DNA of 36,380 bases from Solirubrobacterales bacterium (GTDB lineage Bacteria; Actinomycetota; UBA4738; HRBIN12): NCBI GenBank assembly GCA_050259555.1, contig JBLNAW010000080.1:1-36380 (forward strand). Reading direction: 5' to 3'. Each line of letters begins with the position of its first letter. Position 1 is the stretch's first letter. The notes beneath the pieces were generated by a model. It was not told where the DNA came from. It made no database searches and was given only the letters and a program-made list of their open reading frames with translations. Below, in pieces: positions 9,893 through 17,674 of the stretch. The position numbers were made by a program, and so were the translations under genes.

Positions 9893-10429
9893 TCAGCAGT
9901 CGGGTGGTTCGGCGTGATGCTCGACGTCGGGCGCCGCGTCCCGCAACCACGCGTCGACGACCGCGACGGCCTCCTCGACGAGCACCGGCACGACGGCCTC
10001 GACCTCGTTCGAGAGCCGTGCGCCCTCGGTGATCGTGGACTGGACGCCGAGGAGCGCGATCTCCTCCGGAGCATCCGCGTGCTGCCCCGCGAGGACGAGG
10101 TGATGGACGATGTCGAGATCCCGGAACGTCACCTGGGCGATGCAGGGCGAGAGCATGTCGCCGTCGAACAGCACCACGGCACCCGGCTCCCGGCCGACGT
10201 CGACACAGTCGATGACGAGGACGTGGGTGGCGCCGTCGAGCTCCGCGAAGTCGCGCTCCATCTCCGCCGAGCACAGGAGTCGGACCCCCGCGGGCATGCG
10301 CTCACGGAGCAGGTTCACGACCACCGCTCCGACCTCGGCGTCGCCGCAGGCGCCGTCCACGCCGAGGACGACGACGTCGGCCGCGCGGGCGCGCATCGCA
10401 GGTGCAACCGGGGGCCTCGGTCCGGCCAT
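9893..10429 (-). CDS. HybD/HyaD-family hydrogenase maturation endopeptidase-like protein, divergent (catalytic motifs degenerate)
   Basis: The length and block order match the family: VVVLGVDGACGDAEVG, HVLVIDCVD, ALLGVQ. However the GxGN Asn is lost, and the metal-ligand His position (SxHxxG in the paralog at 12942-13412) reads FRDLD. The start is uncertain (10429, or 10396 for MRARAADVVVLGV). Confidence 0.6.
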   Translation of the reverse strand: MAGPRPPVAPAMRARAADVVVLGVDGACGDAEVGAVVVNLLRERMPAGVRLLCSAEMERDFAELDGATHVLVIDCVDVGREPGAVVLFDGDMLSPCIAQVTFRDLDIVHHLVLAGQHADAPEEIALLGVQSTITEGARLSNEVEAVVPVLVEEAVAVVDAWLRDAAPDVEHHAEPPDC

Positions 10430-10488
10430 GCCGGACCAACCCTAGTCCACTCTTCCGCGGCCCGAGGTGGACCCTTCGGCCCCCGCTC

Positions 10489-11757
10489 CTAGTGACGACC
10501 GGCTCGCTCGAGCTCCCGGACCTCGTCGATCGGGAACACCGCGAACCTCGGCTTGGCCTTCGCCGCCTTCGCCCGTGCCTTCGCCTCGGCCATCGCGGCC
10601 TCCGAGGCCGCCACGTCGTCCAACGTGTAGATCGGGAAGTTCTCCACGATGAACAGGTAGGCGAGCGCCACCGCCGACGCGAGGCCGAGCACGATGATCG
10701 TCTCCATCAGCGAAGGGATGTACCAGCCGCCGTTGGCCTCGACGAGGCCGGTCATCGTCACGTTGAACCGGAACCCCCATGTGCCGAAGATCGCGAGGAG
10801 CGAGGCGACGACCATGCTCTTCTCGGATCGTCGGAGGTCGCGGCTCGCGAACATCGCGAGCGGGAGCGCGACGCCGATCCCGAGCTCGATCAGGGCGAAG
10901 TTGCCGTAGAGGGTCCCGCTCAGCAGCTCGTCGAACACGCCTCGGACGGCGTAGTCCGCGATCCGCAGCACGAGGTAGATGGACATCACGAGGACCGTGA
11001 TCGGCATCATGTCGCGCACGATCCGCATGTGGACCGGCCGCCCGTACACGCGGCGGGCGATCACGTTCTCGAGCAGGACCACCGGCGGGCCGATGTAGAA
11101 GAACGTCATGACGGCATAGACCGGCAGGAGCTGTGACCACCACAGCGGGTCGAGGCGCCCCTTCGTGATCACGTAGAGCGAGACGAGTGCCGACTGGTGG
11201 AACACCGGCAGGAAGCACGCCAGCAGCAGCAGGGGCGCGTGGATCTTGTGGAGGACCCAGTGCAACGGCTTCCACGGCACGCGCTCTTCGAAGATGGCGA
11301 AGAACTCGATGACCTGGACCACGGTGTACGAGCCGACGCAGAAGAACAGCTCGAACATCACCGAGTGGAAGCCCCACTGGTACACCGGGCGGTAGGCGTT
11401 GTACCACTGCCCGAGGTCCATCACGAGCGCCGCGCACAGCATCAGGTACCCGAGCATCGAGACGACGAACGCGCCGCGCTCGACGTCGCGGTACCGCTCG
11501 CGGCCGAGGAAGTAGATCATGAACATCGTGGCGTAGCCGGCGCCGGCCAGGGAGACGGCGCTCAGCTTCCACCACGTCCAGAAGGACCATGCCCACCGGT
11601 CGGTCAGGTTGGTGACGGCGCCCAGCCCCACCACGAACCGGTAGCCGAGGAGCACGATCGTGACGCCCAGGATCATGAGCAACACGATCCGGAACGGCGT
11701 GATCGCGAACGTCCAGCGTCGGCGGGTCGGCGACCAGGGTGTCGCGCTCGGCTTCAT
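10489..11757 (-). CDS. NrfD/PsrC-family integral membrane quinone-interacting subunit (HybB-like)
   Basis: About 420 aa with roughly 8-10 predicted TM helices. Size and hydropathy pattern fit HybB/NrfD/DsrP proteins. It is translationally coupled to the upstream FeS subunit (ATGA 11754-11757). The C-terminal tail is Ala/Lys-rich and cytoplasmic-looking. Confidence 0.8.
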   Translation of the reverse strand: MKPSATPWSPTRRRWTFAITPFRIVLLMILGVTIVLLGYRFVVGLGAVTNLTDRWAWSFWTWWKLSAVSLAGAGYATMFMIYFLGRERYRDVERGAFVVSMLGYLMLCAALVMDLGQWYNAYRPVYQWGFHSVMFELFFCVGSYTVVQVIEFFAIFEERVPWKPLHWVLHKIHAPLLLLACFLPVFHQSALVSLYVITKGRLDPLWWSQLLPVYAVMTFFYIGPPVVLLENVIARRVYGRPVHMRIVRDMMPITVLVMSIYLVLRIADYAVRGVFDELLSGTLYGNFALIELGIGVALPLAMFASRDLRRSEKSMVVASLLAIFGTWGFRFNVTMTGLVEANGGWYIPSLMETIIVLGLASAVALAYLFIVENFPIYTLDDVAASEAAMAEAKARAKAAKAKPRFAVFPIDEVRELERAGRH

Positions 11758-12803
11758 CGGGCGGCCACCTCCTCCTTCACCTCGACGCCCGCAGCTGCGT
11801 TCGCCTCAGCCTCCTCGCGCTCGCGAACGAGCCTCTGGCGGCGGGCGAACAGGGCCATGATCGTGACGGTGAACCCCGCCGCGAACGGCGGCAGGATCCG
11901 CGTGACCTCCCACGTGTAGGTGGGCAGCGGATCGGTCGGCAGGCTCGTCCGGAAGCCGAGCTCCTCGAAGGGGACGTCCGAGATGTACATGACCGAGGTT
12001 CCGCCGACCTCGGTCTCGCCGTACACGTGGCGGACGTAGCTCCGATCCGCGTTGATCCTGCGCCAGGCCTCAGCGAGAAGCTCGCCTCGGTGTCCGAACG
12101 TGAGCGTGCCCACGGGGCAGGCCTCGGCGCAGGCCGTCGGCTCGCCCTGCGAGGTGCGCTCGGGGCAGAGGTCGCACTTCTGGATGTGGCCGAACGTCTT
12201 GTCCCACTCGAACGTGGGGACGCTGAACGGGCACGCCATCAGGCAGTACCGGCAACCGACGCACCGGTTCGCGTCGTACAGGACCGGGCCTTCCTCGCTC
12301 TTGTGCAGCGCCGCCACGAAACAGGCCGAGGCACATGCCGGCTCGAGGCAGTGCATGCACTGCGACTTCACGTACCGGCGGGTCAGACGCCGGCGCGGTC
12401 CCAGGCGCGTGTCCTGGATCATCTCCACGCTGTTCGATCGCACGGCGGTCCAGTTGGTCGAGGCGAGCGCGGCGTCGGGGCCCGTCGCGGGCTGGTCGTC
12501 CCGCCACTCGAGGTCGTTGTCGAGCTTGCAGGCCCGGACGCACTTGCCGCAGCCGACGCACCGCGTGAGATCGATGAGGAGGCCGGGATCGCCGGCGTGC
12601 TCACGGGCGAGCTCCTCGGGGTTGGACTCGGGAACGAGACCGCCGGAGGCGTGAGCCGAGGTGGCCGAGGTGGCCACCACCCCCGCCGTTCCGGCCGCCA
12701 CCGTTGCCGCCCTGAGGAACGACCGCCGCGAGAGCGCCGCCCGATCGCGCTCCGGAGGCATGTCGGCGTCCGAGGCCGGATGACGGAGATCTTTCGTTGT
12801 CAT
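11754..12803 (-). CDS. Tat-exported 4x[4Fe-4S] ferredoxin-type subunit with C-terminal TM anchor (HybA/NrfC/DsrO-like)
   Basis: The twin-arginine signal is SRRSFLRAATVAAGTAGVVATSATSAHA-SG. Four Cys clusters are present: CVGCGKCVRAC, CMHCLEPACASAC, CVGCRYCLMACP and CDLCPERTSQGEPTACAEACP. The C-terminal helix is LPPFAAGFTVTIMALFA. I chose the ATG at 12803 (GGGAG 7 nt upstream); the track start at 12899 looks over-extended. Confidence 0.85.
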   Translation of the reverse strand: MTTKDLRHPASDADMPPERDRAALSRRSFLRAATVAAGTAGVVATSATSAHASGGLVPESNPEELAREHAGDPGLLIDLTRCVGCGKCVRACKLDNDLEWRDDQPATGPDAALASTNWTAVRSNSVEMIQDTRLGPRRRLTRRYVKSQCMHCLEPACASACFVAALHKSEEGPVLYDANRCVGCRYCLMACPFSVPTFEWDKTFGHIQKCDLCPERTSQGEPTACAEACPVGTLTFGHRGELLAEAWRRINADRSYVRHVYGETEVGGTSVMYISDVPFEELGFRTSLPTDPLPTYTWEVTRILPPFAAGFTVTIMALFARRQRLVREREEAEANAAAGVEVKEEVAAR

Positions 12804-12941
12804 GACCGTTCTCCCGGACGTTCGTCTACCGAGAGCTTCGGTCTGCCGAACCGAGCGGCCATCGGGCTGTCGTCCCTCGCGTGCCTGGGACCTGCCCAAG
12901 GTTGCGTAGGGCGGCCACCCTAGTGCGGCCGAGGAGGGCCC

Positions 12942-13412
12942 CTAGGACGTGAGCGCGAGCGCCTCGGCGACCACCCGAGCCACGACCTCGGGCAGGGATG
13001 AGGCGACCGGCTCGGACGGACCGTGGCCCGCGGTCAGGTCCGCGATCTCGATCCCGATGACCACGACCCGAGGGGCCGTCTCGAGCGCGGCCGCGAGCCC
13101 CACGGCCTCTGCCACGCCGAACCCGTGCGACGAGAGCGAGGACCCGAACTCCGCCGGCAGACCCTCGGGGCCGGCCTCGGCGCGCACGATCGTGCCGGGC
13201 GACCGGCCGCCGCGAGGTGCACGCACGGCGTCCACGACGATCACGGCCTCGGCGTCCCGGAGCAGGTCCACGACATGCAGGCCGGCACTGGTCTCGACGA
13301 CCTCCACGCCGAGCGCCTCGAGCTCGGGACGCGCGGCACGGACCGCGAGGAGGCCCACGGCATCGTCACCGACATCGGGGTTGCCGACGCCGACGACGCG
13401 GACCCGGGTCAC
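12942..13412 (-). CDS. [NiFe]-hydrogenase maturation endopeptidase (canonical; cognate to the adjacent large subunit)
   Basis: VVGVGNPDVGDDAVG, VIVVDAV and SLSSHGFG supply the three metal-ligand blocks of the HycI/HybD/FrhD family. The GTG at 13412 overlaps the large-subunit stop (GTGA 13409-13412). The remaining 330 aa of the track ORF is a shadow frame. Confidence 0.85.
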   Translation of the reverse strand: MTRVRVVGVGNPDVGDDAVGLLAVRAARPELEALGVEVVETSAGLHVVDLLRDAEAVIVVDAVRAPRGGRSPGTIVRAEAGPEGLPAEFGSSLSSHGFGVAEAVGLAAALETAPRVVVIGIEIADLTAGHGPSEPVASSLPEVVARVVAEALALTS

Positions 13413-14701
13413 ACCCGCTGGATGTCGAGGCTGAGGAAGTGGGTCGCGCACGAGATGCAGGGATCGTAGTTGCGCACGACCATCTCGCACAGCCGCGTGA
13501 GCTGCTCGTCCGGCTCGTCGAGCACGCCGGGGACGAACCGTCGCAGGTCCTCCTCCATGTGCCGGAGGTTCTGCGAGGTCGGCGGCACGATCTTCGCCTC
13601 GAGGATCGTGCCGTCCTCCGCCACGTCGTAGCGGTGGTAGAGCGTCCCGCGCGGCGCCTCGGTCGCCCACATCCCGCGGCCGGCCTTCGGCACGACCTCG
13701 GCCATCGAGGGCTCGGGCGGCACGTAGCCACGGATGATGCGGATCGCCTCTTCGATCGCGAGCGCGGCCTCGGCCACGCGCGCGGCCATCGAGAAGAACG
13801 GATCGCCCTCGGGCACCGTGAGCCCCGCGCGAGCCATGCACTCCCTCGCGACCGGCGTGAGCAGGTCCGCGTTCAGGTTCACGCGGGCGAGCGGCCCCGT
13901 CGAGTACGGCGTCTGCGTATCGGTCATCACCGAGTGGAGCGCGTTCGAGTGCTCCACGTGGACCTCCTGCGTGACGGCCTCGTACTCGGAGAACGCCCAG
14001 CGCCGCCCGGTCGTCGAGGCCATCGAGCCCTCGTTGATCGGGTACTCGGTCGGGTGGACCATCGAGACCAGCTCGACCTCGCGCGGGAGCTTCGGCGTCG
14101 GGAGCGACGCGACGAGGTCGGCGACGCCCGGCATCTGCTCCAGCGCCCACTCCAGCCGTGGCAGCAGCGGCTCGAGCTCGCGCGTGCGCGCCGCCCGCGA
14201 GAACCCGCCGACGCGGGGCGAGACCGGGTGGATCTCGCGGCCGCCGACCTTCTCCATGATGTCGTTGCCGATGCGCTTGATGTCGAGCGCCATCTTCACG
14301 AGGTCGGGGTGGTCCTTGGCCATCTCGATCGCGCTCCGATAGCCGAGGAAGTCCGGCGCCGCGAGCAGGAAGATGTGGAGGATGTGGCTCTCGATCCACT
14401 CGCCGCAATACAGGAGCCGGCGGAGCTCGCGGGTGCCCTCGGGCACCTGCACGCCGAAGAGCTGCTCGAGCCCGTGGATCGCGCTCATCTGGTACGCGAC
14501 CGGGCAGATCCCGCAGATCCTCGGCACGATGTCGGGCACCTCGCTGAAGTTCCGTCCCTGCAGGAACGCCTCGAAGAACCGTGGGGGCTCGTAGATCTCC
14601 AGGCGGAGGTCGAGGATCTCGCCGTCCTTCGCGGTGATGTGGAGCGCGCCCTCACCCTCGACGCGGGCGATGACCGGCACTTCGACCTGACGGTGCGTCA
14701 C
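13409..14701 (-). CDS. hyhL: [NiFe]-hydrogenase large (alpha) subunit, group 3b-like
   Basis: ARVEGEGAL and the L1 motif PRICGICPVAY are present. The L2 motif VRNYDPCISCATH is followed by a 9-residue tail (FLSLDIQRV) for proteolytic removal. At 430 aa its size is typical of group 3 enzymes. The start is a GTG that overlaps the small-subunit stop. Confidence 0.93.
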   Translation of the reverse strand: MTHRQVEVPVIARVEGEGALHITAKDGEILDLRLEIYEPPRFFEAFLQGRNFSEVPDIVPRICGICPVAYQMSAIHGLEQLFGVQVPEGTRELRRLLYCGEWIESHILHIFLLAAPDFLGYRSAIEMAKDHPDLVKMALDIKRIGNDIMEKVGGREIHPVSPRVGGFSRAARTRELEPLLPRLEWALEQMPGVADLVASLPTPKLPREVELVSMVHPTEYPINEGSMASTTGRRWAFSEYEAVTQEVHVEHSNALHSVMTDTQTPYSTGPLARVNLNADLLTPVARECMARAGLTVPEGDPFFSMAARVAEAALAIEEAIRIIRGYVPPEPSMAEVVPKAGRGMWATEAPRGTLYHRYDVAEDGTILEAKIVPPTSQNLRHMEEDLRRFVPGVLDEPDEQLTRLCEMVVRNYDPCISCATHFLSLDIQRV

Positions 14702-15516
14702 GGGGTCCTCACCTCCTCCTTCTCGCCGTGGCCGTCAGCGAACGCGTCGGCCGCCTCCTTGAACGGCGGCGCCCATCCGGTGATGAACCGGAACTTCTCG
14801 CTCGTCGCCTTCGGCGTGAGCCCAAGCTCGATGAACCGTCGCCCGAGCGCATCGGTGTTGTTCGAGGGCTGAGCGGGCCCGAAGCACCCGTAGCAGCCCC
14901 GGCCGAACCCCGGGCAGAGCGCGCCGCAGCCGGTCCGCGTGACGGGGCCGAGGCACGGCTCCCCCTTCGCGACGAGCACGCAGACGTAGCCCCGGCGCTT
15001 GCACTCGACGCAGACCGGCGAGGTCGAGAGGCGCGGCATCGCGCCTCGCAGGAGCGCCGTGATCACCGTGAGCAGCTCGCCCCGGTCGATCGGGCACCCG
15101 GTGAGCTCGAGATCGACGTCGACGTAGTCGGCGATCGGGTGCGAGTCCTCGAGCGAGTCGATGAACTCGGGGGTCGGGTAGACGGTTCGGATGAACTCCT
15201 CGTGCTTGCCGGTCGCGTTCCGCAGGGCCTGGATCCCGCCGGCGGTCGCGCAGGCACCGATCGTGATGAGGACCGAGGACGCCAGGCGGATGTCGCCGAT
15301 CTGCTCGATCTGCTCGGGCGTCGAGACCGATCCCTCGACCAGGGTCACGTCGTACGGCCCCGGGCGCATGTCGGACGACGCCTCGGCGAAGTTCACGATC
15401 TCGATCGCGCCGGCGAGCTCGAGGAGCGCCTCCTCGGCGTCGAGCAGCTGGAGCTGGCACCCGTCACAGGAGGCCATCTTGAAGACCGCGACGCGCGGCT
15501 TGCCGTTGTCGCTCAC
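14698..15516 (-). CDS. hyhS: [NiFe]-hydrogenase small (delta) subunit, group 3b-like; no Tat signal
   Basis: VAVFKMASCDGCQ, TIGACATAGGI and LTGCP form the proximal-cluster motifs. The C-terminal Cys-rich region is CVECKRRGYVCV...CLGPVTRTGCGALCPGFGRGCYGC. There is no RRxFxK signal, so a cytoplasmic location is inferred. The GTG at 15516 follows GGAGG and overlaps the gamma-subunit stop (GTGA). Confidence 0.9.
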   Translation of the reverse strand: MSDNGKPRVAVFKMASCDGCQLQLLDAEEALLELAGAIEIVNFAEASSDMRPGPYDVTLVEGSVSTPEQIEQIGDIRLASSVLITIGACATAGGIQALRNATGKHEEFIRTVYPTPEFIDSLEDSHPIADYVDVDLELTGCPIDRGELLTVITALLRGAMPRLSTSPVCVECKRRGYVCVLVAKGEPCLGPVTRTGCGALCPGFGRGCYGCFGPAQPSNNTDALGRRFIELGLTPKATSEKFRFITGWAPPFKEAADAFADGHGEKEEVRTP

Positions 15517-16388
15517 AGGTCCTTCACCTCCATCAACGGGGAGATGACGTCCCATCGGAAGACCGGGCCGTCCTTGCACACGAAGGCGGCGCCGAGCTGG
15601 CAGTGCCCGCACAGCCCGATGCCGCACTGCATGTGCCGCTCCATCGAGCACCACACGTGCTCGGCGGGCACGCCGAGATCGACGAGCCCCCGGCCCGCGA
15701 ACCGCATCATGATCTCGGGACCGCACATGAACGCGGTCGTGCGCTCGGGCTCGATCCTGGCCTTCGGGAACAGGGTCATGACGACGCCGACGTCGTAGAG
15801 CCACGTGCCGACGGCCTCGTCGACCGTGAGGTGGAGCTCGACGCCCAGGCGCTCCATCAGCGCGACCCACTCGTCGAGCTGGTCCTTGTAGGGCAACAGG
15901 TCCGGCGTGCGTGCGCCGAGCAGCAGGATCAGGCGCCGGTACTTGTCGCGGCGGCGCATCGCCGACTCGATCGCGGGACGCACGGGGCAGACGCCGACAC
16001 CGCCGGCGACGACGACCAGGTCGCCGCCCTCGGCCTCGTGCAGCGGCCAGGGCCTGCCGAACGGGCCGCGGATCCCGAGCTCGTCGCCGGGCTTCAGGTC
16101 GCGGAACGCGTTCGTCACGCGCCCGACGTGCCGGACCGTGTGGCCGAGGCGATGCGGGTGCATCGGATCGGACGAGATCGAGATCGCGACCTCGCCGACG
16201 CCGAACAGGTACAGCATGTTGAACTGGCCCGCCGCGAACGTGTAGCCCTCGCCGTCGCCGTCGCGCCACGTCATCCAGTAGGTCGCGGACTCCGGCGTCT
16301 CGGGGACGATGCGCTGGATCACGGCGGTCCGCATCGGGCCGCCCTCGGGCTGGGTCACCCGCACGTCACGCATCTCGGTCACGCTCAT
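15513..16388 (-). CDS. hyhG: Hydrogenase gamma subunit: FAD/NAD(P)-binding oxidoreductase with [2Fe-2S] (sulfhydrogenase HydG / AsrB-like)
   Basis: It has a ferredoxin-reductase-type fold (GQFNMLY, RGPFG, VVVAGGVGVCPVRP) and the C-terminal cluster motif CGIGLCGHCQ. The ATG at 16388 overlaps the beta-subunit stop (ATGA). Confidence 0.88.
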   Translation of the reverse strand: MSVTEMRDVRVTQPEGGPMRTAVIQRIVPETPESATYWMTWRDGDGEGYTFAAGQFNMLYLFGVGEVAISISSDPMHPHRLGHTVRHVGRVTNAFRDLKPGDELGIRGPFGRPWPLHEAEGGDLVVVAGGVGVCPVRPAIESAMRRRDKYRRLILLLGARTPDLLPYKDQLDEWVALMERLGVELHLTVDEAVGTWLYDVGVVMTLFPKARIEPERTTAFMCGPEIMMRFAGRGLVDLGVPAEHVWCSMERHMQCGIGLCGHCQLGAAFVCKDGPVFRWDVISPLMEVKDL

Positions 16389-17488
16389 CGGGCCACCACC
16401 TCCACCGCGCCGTCGGTCGCTCGGATCGCGACGATCTCCTCGGTGACGTCGATCCCGACCGGGCACCACGTGATGCAGCGGCCGCAGCCGACGCAACCGG
16501 ACGTCCCGTACTGATCGATCCACGAAGCGAACTTGTGCGTGAGCCACTGGCGGTACCTCGAGGCTCGGCTCCCGCGGACGACCTCGCCGGCCGCCCAGCT
16601 GTACTCGGCGCTGAAGCAGCTCGCCCACTCACGCGTCCTCGTGGCCACGTCGCCCGAGAGCGACACGCCGTCGAGGACGTCGTGGCAGAAGCACGTCGGG
16701 CAGACGTTCGTGCAGTTCGCGCAGGCCAGGCAGCGCTCGGCGACGTCCTGCCAGCGGGGGTGGGTCCGGTTGCGGTACAGGAGGTCCGGCATGTCCGAGG
16801 TCTCGAGCGTGCGGCCCATCGCGCCCTTCGCGCGCTCGGTCACCGCGAGCGAGGCCTTCTCCTCATCGGCGGTCGCCTGCCGCTCCGCGACGACGGACAG
16901 GAACTCCTCGCCGCGCGAGCTCCCGGCCTCGACGGTGAAGCCGTCCTCGATCTCGGTGAGCGCGAGGTCGAACCCGATCGAGCAACGCGGCCCGGTTCCC
17001 ATCGAGACGCAGAAGCACGTGCCGCCCGGGACGGCGCAGTTCACGCCCACGAACAGCGCCTGCTCGCGCCGCCGCCGGTAGGCGGGGTCGAGATCCATGA
17101 ACACGCGGTCCTGCACCGCGATCGCGTGCAGATCGCACGAACGAAGCCCGACGAAGGCGAGCGGCTGGTCGTCCTCGGGCACGGCCTCGTGCCGCATCCC
17201 GTTCCCGTTCCGCGAGATCGTTCCGAGCAGCTCCCGGGGCGGGAACAGGAAGCGCTTCCCCGCGTCGGGCCCGTGGGCCCAATCGAACAGCCGGTCGTCC
17301 CCGGTCTGGGTCAGCTCGTAGTGCGCGGGTCCCTGGGTCTCACGGATCCCCGCAGGAAGGTCCTCGACGCCGTCGATGTGCTCGAGCACGATCGCGCCGT
17401 CTCGGACGGTGGGTCCGATCACGTCGTATCCCTGTTCGGCGAGCAGCCGGATGAGCCGGTCGAGCCCGTCTCGGGCCAGATGCCACAT
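16385..17488 (-). CDS. hyhB: Hydrogenase beta subunit: 4Fe-4S protein (sulfhydrogenase HydB / AsrA-like)
   Basis: Two ferredoxin-type motifs are present (CLACANCTNVCPTCFC and CVGCGRCITWCPVGI), plus the Cys cluster GGTCFCVSMG. The ATG at 17488 has a perfect AGGAGG 6 nt upstream, so it is preferred over the track start at 17515. Confidence 0.88.
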   Translation of the reverse strand: MWHLARDGLDRLIRLLAEQGYDVIGPTVRDGAIVLEHIDGVEDLPAGIRETQGPAHYELTQTGDDRLFDWAHGPDAGKRFLFPPRELLGTISRNGNGMRHEAVPEDDQPLAFVGLRSCDLHAIAVQDRVFMDLDPAYRRRREQALFVGVNCAVPGGTCFCVSMGTGPRCSIGFDLALTEIEDGFTVEAGSSRGEEFLSVVAERQATADEEKASLAVTERAKGAMGRTLETSDMPDLLYRNRTHPRWQDVAERCLACANCTNVCPTCFCHDVLDGVSLSGDVATRTREWASCFSAEYSWAAGEVVRGSRASRYRQWLTHKFASWIDQYGTSGCVGCGRCITWCPVGIDVTEEIVAIRATDGAVEVVAR

Positions 17489-17659
17489 GGGGTTCCTCCT
17501 GGAGGTTGCCTCCATCCCGCACTCTCCCGGATGCGCCCGAGGCGACGGGGGGGCGGAAGCCCTGGGGCCTATGGGCCCGCCGCCTTAGGGTGCCTCGCAA
17601 CGGCTGAGGGCGCTCGAGGCCACCGTAGCCCGCGAAGATCGGCGCCGCAACGGACCGCG

Positions 17660-17674
17660 TACCCTGTCGCCATG
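17660..17674 (+). promoter_or_regulatory. Candidate -10 element (TACCCT) placed for a leaderless pncB transcript
   Basis: TACCCT (17660-17665, fits TANNNT) ends 6 nt before the ATG at 17672. There is no SD sequence upstream of that ATG. Confidence 0.3.

Noticed and set aside
10489-12803. Interpretation of the FeS/NrfD pair as PsrB/PsrC of a polysulfide or tetrathionate reductase
   Set aside because: No molybdopterin catalytic subunit (PsrA/TtrA-like, ~750-1000 aa) is encoded in the window. The FeS protein also carries its own Tat signal and a C-terminal anchor, which fits HybA/NrfC/DsrO-type proteins better than hitch-hiking PsrB. I keep it as an open alternative, not a call.
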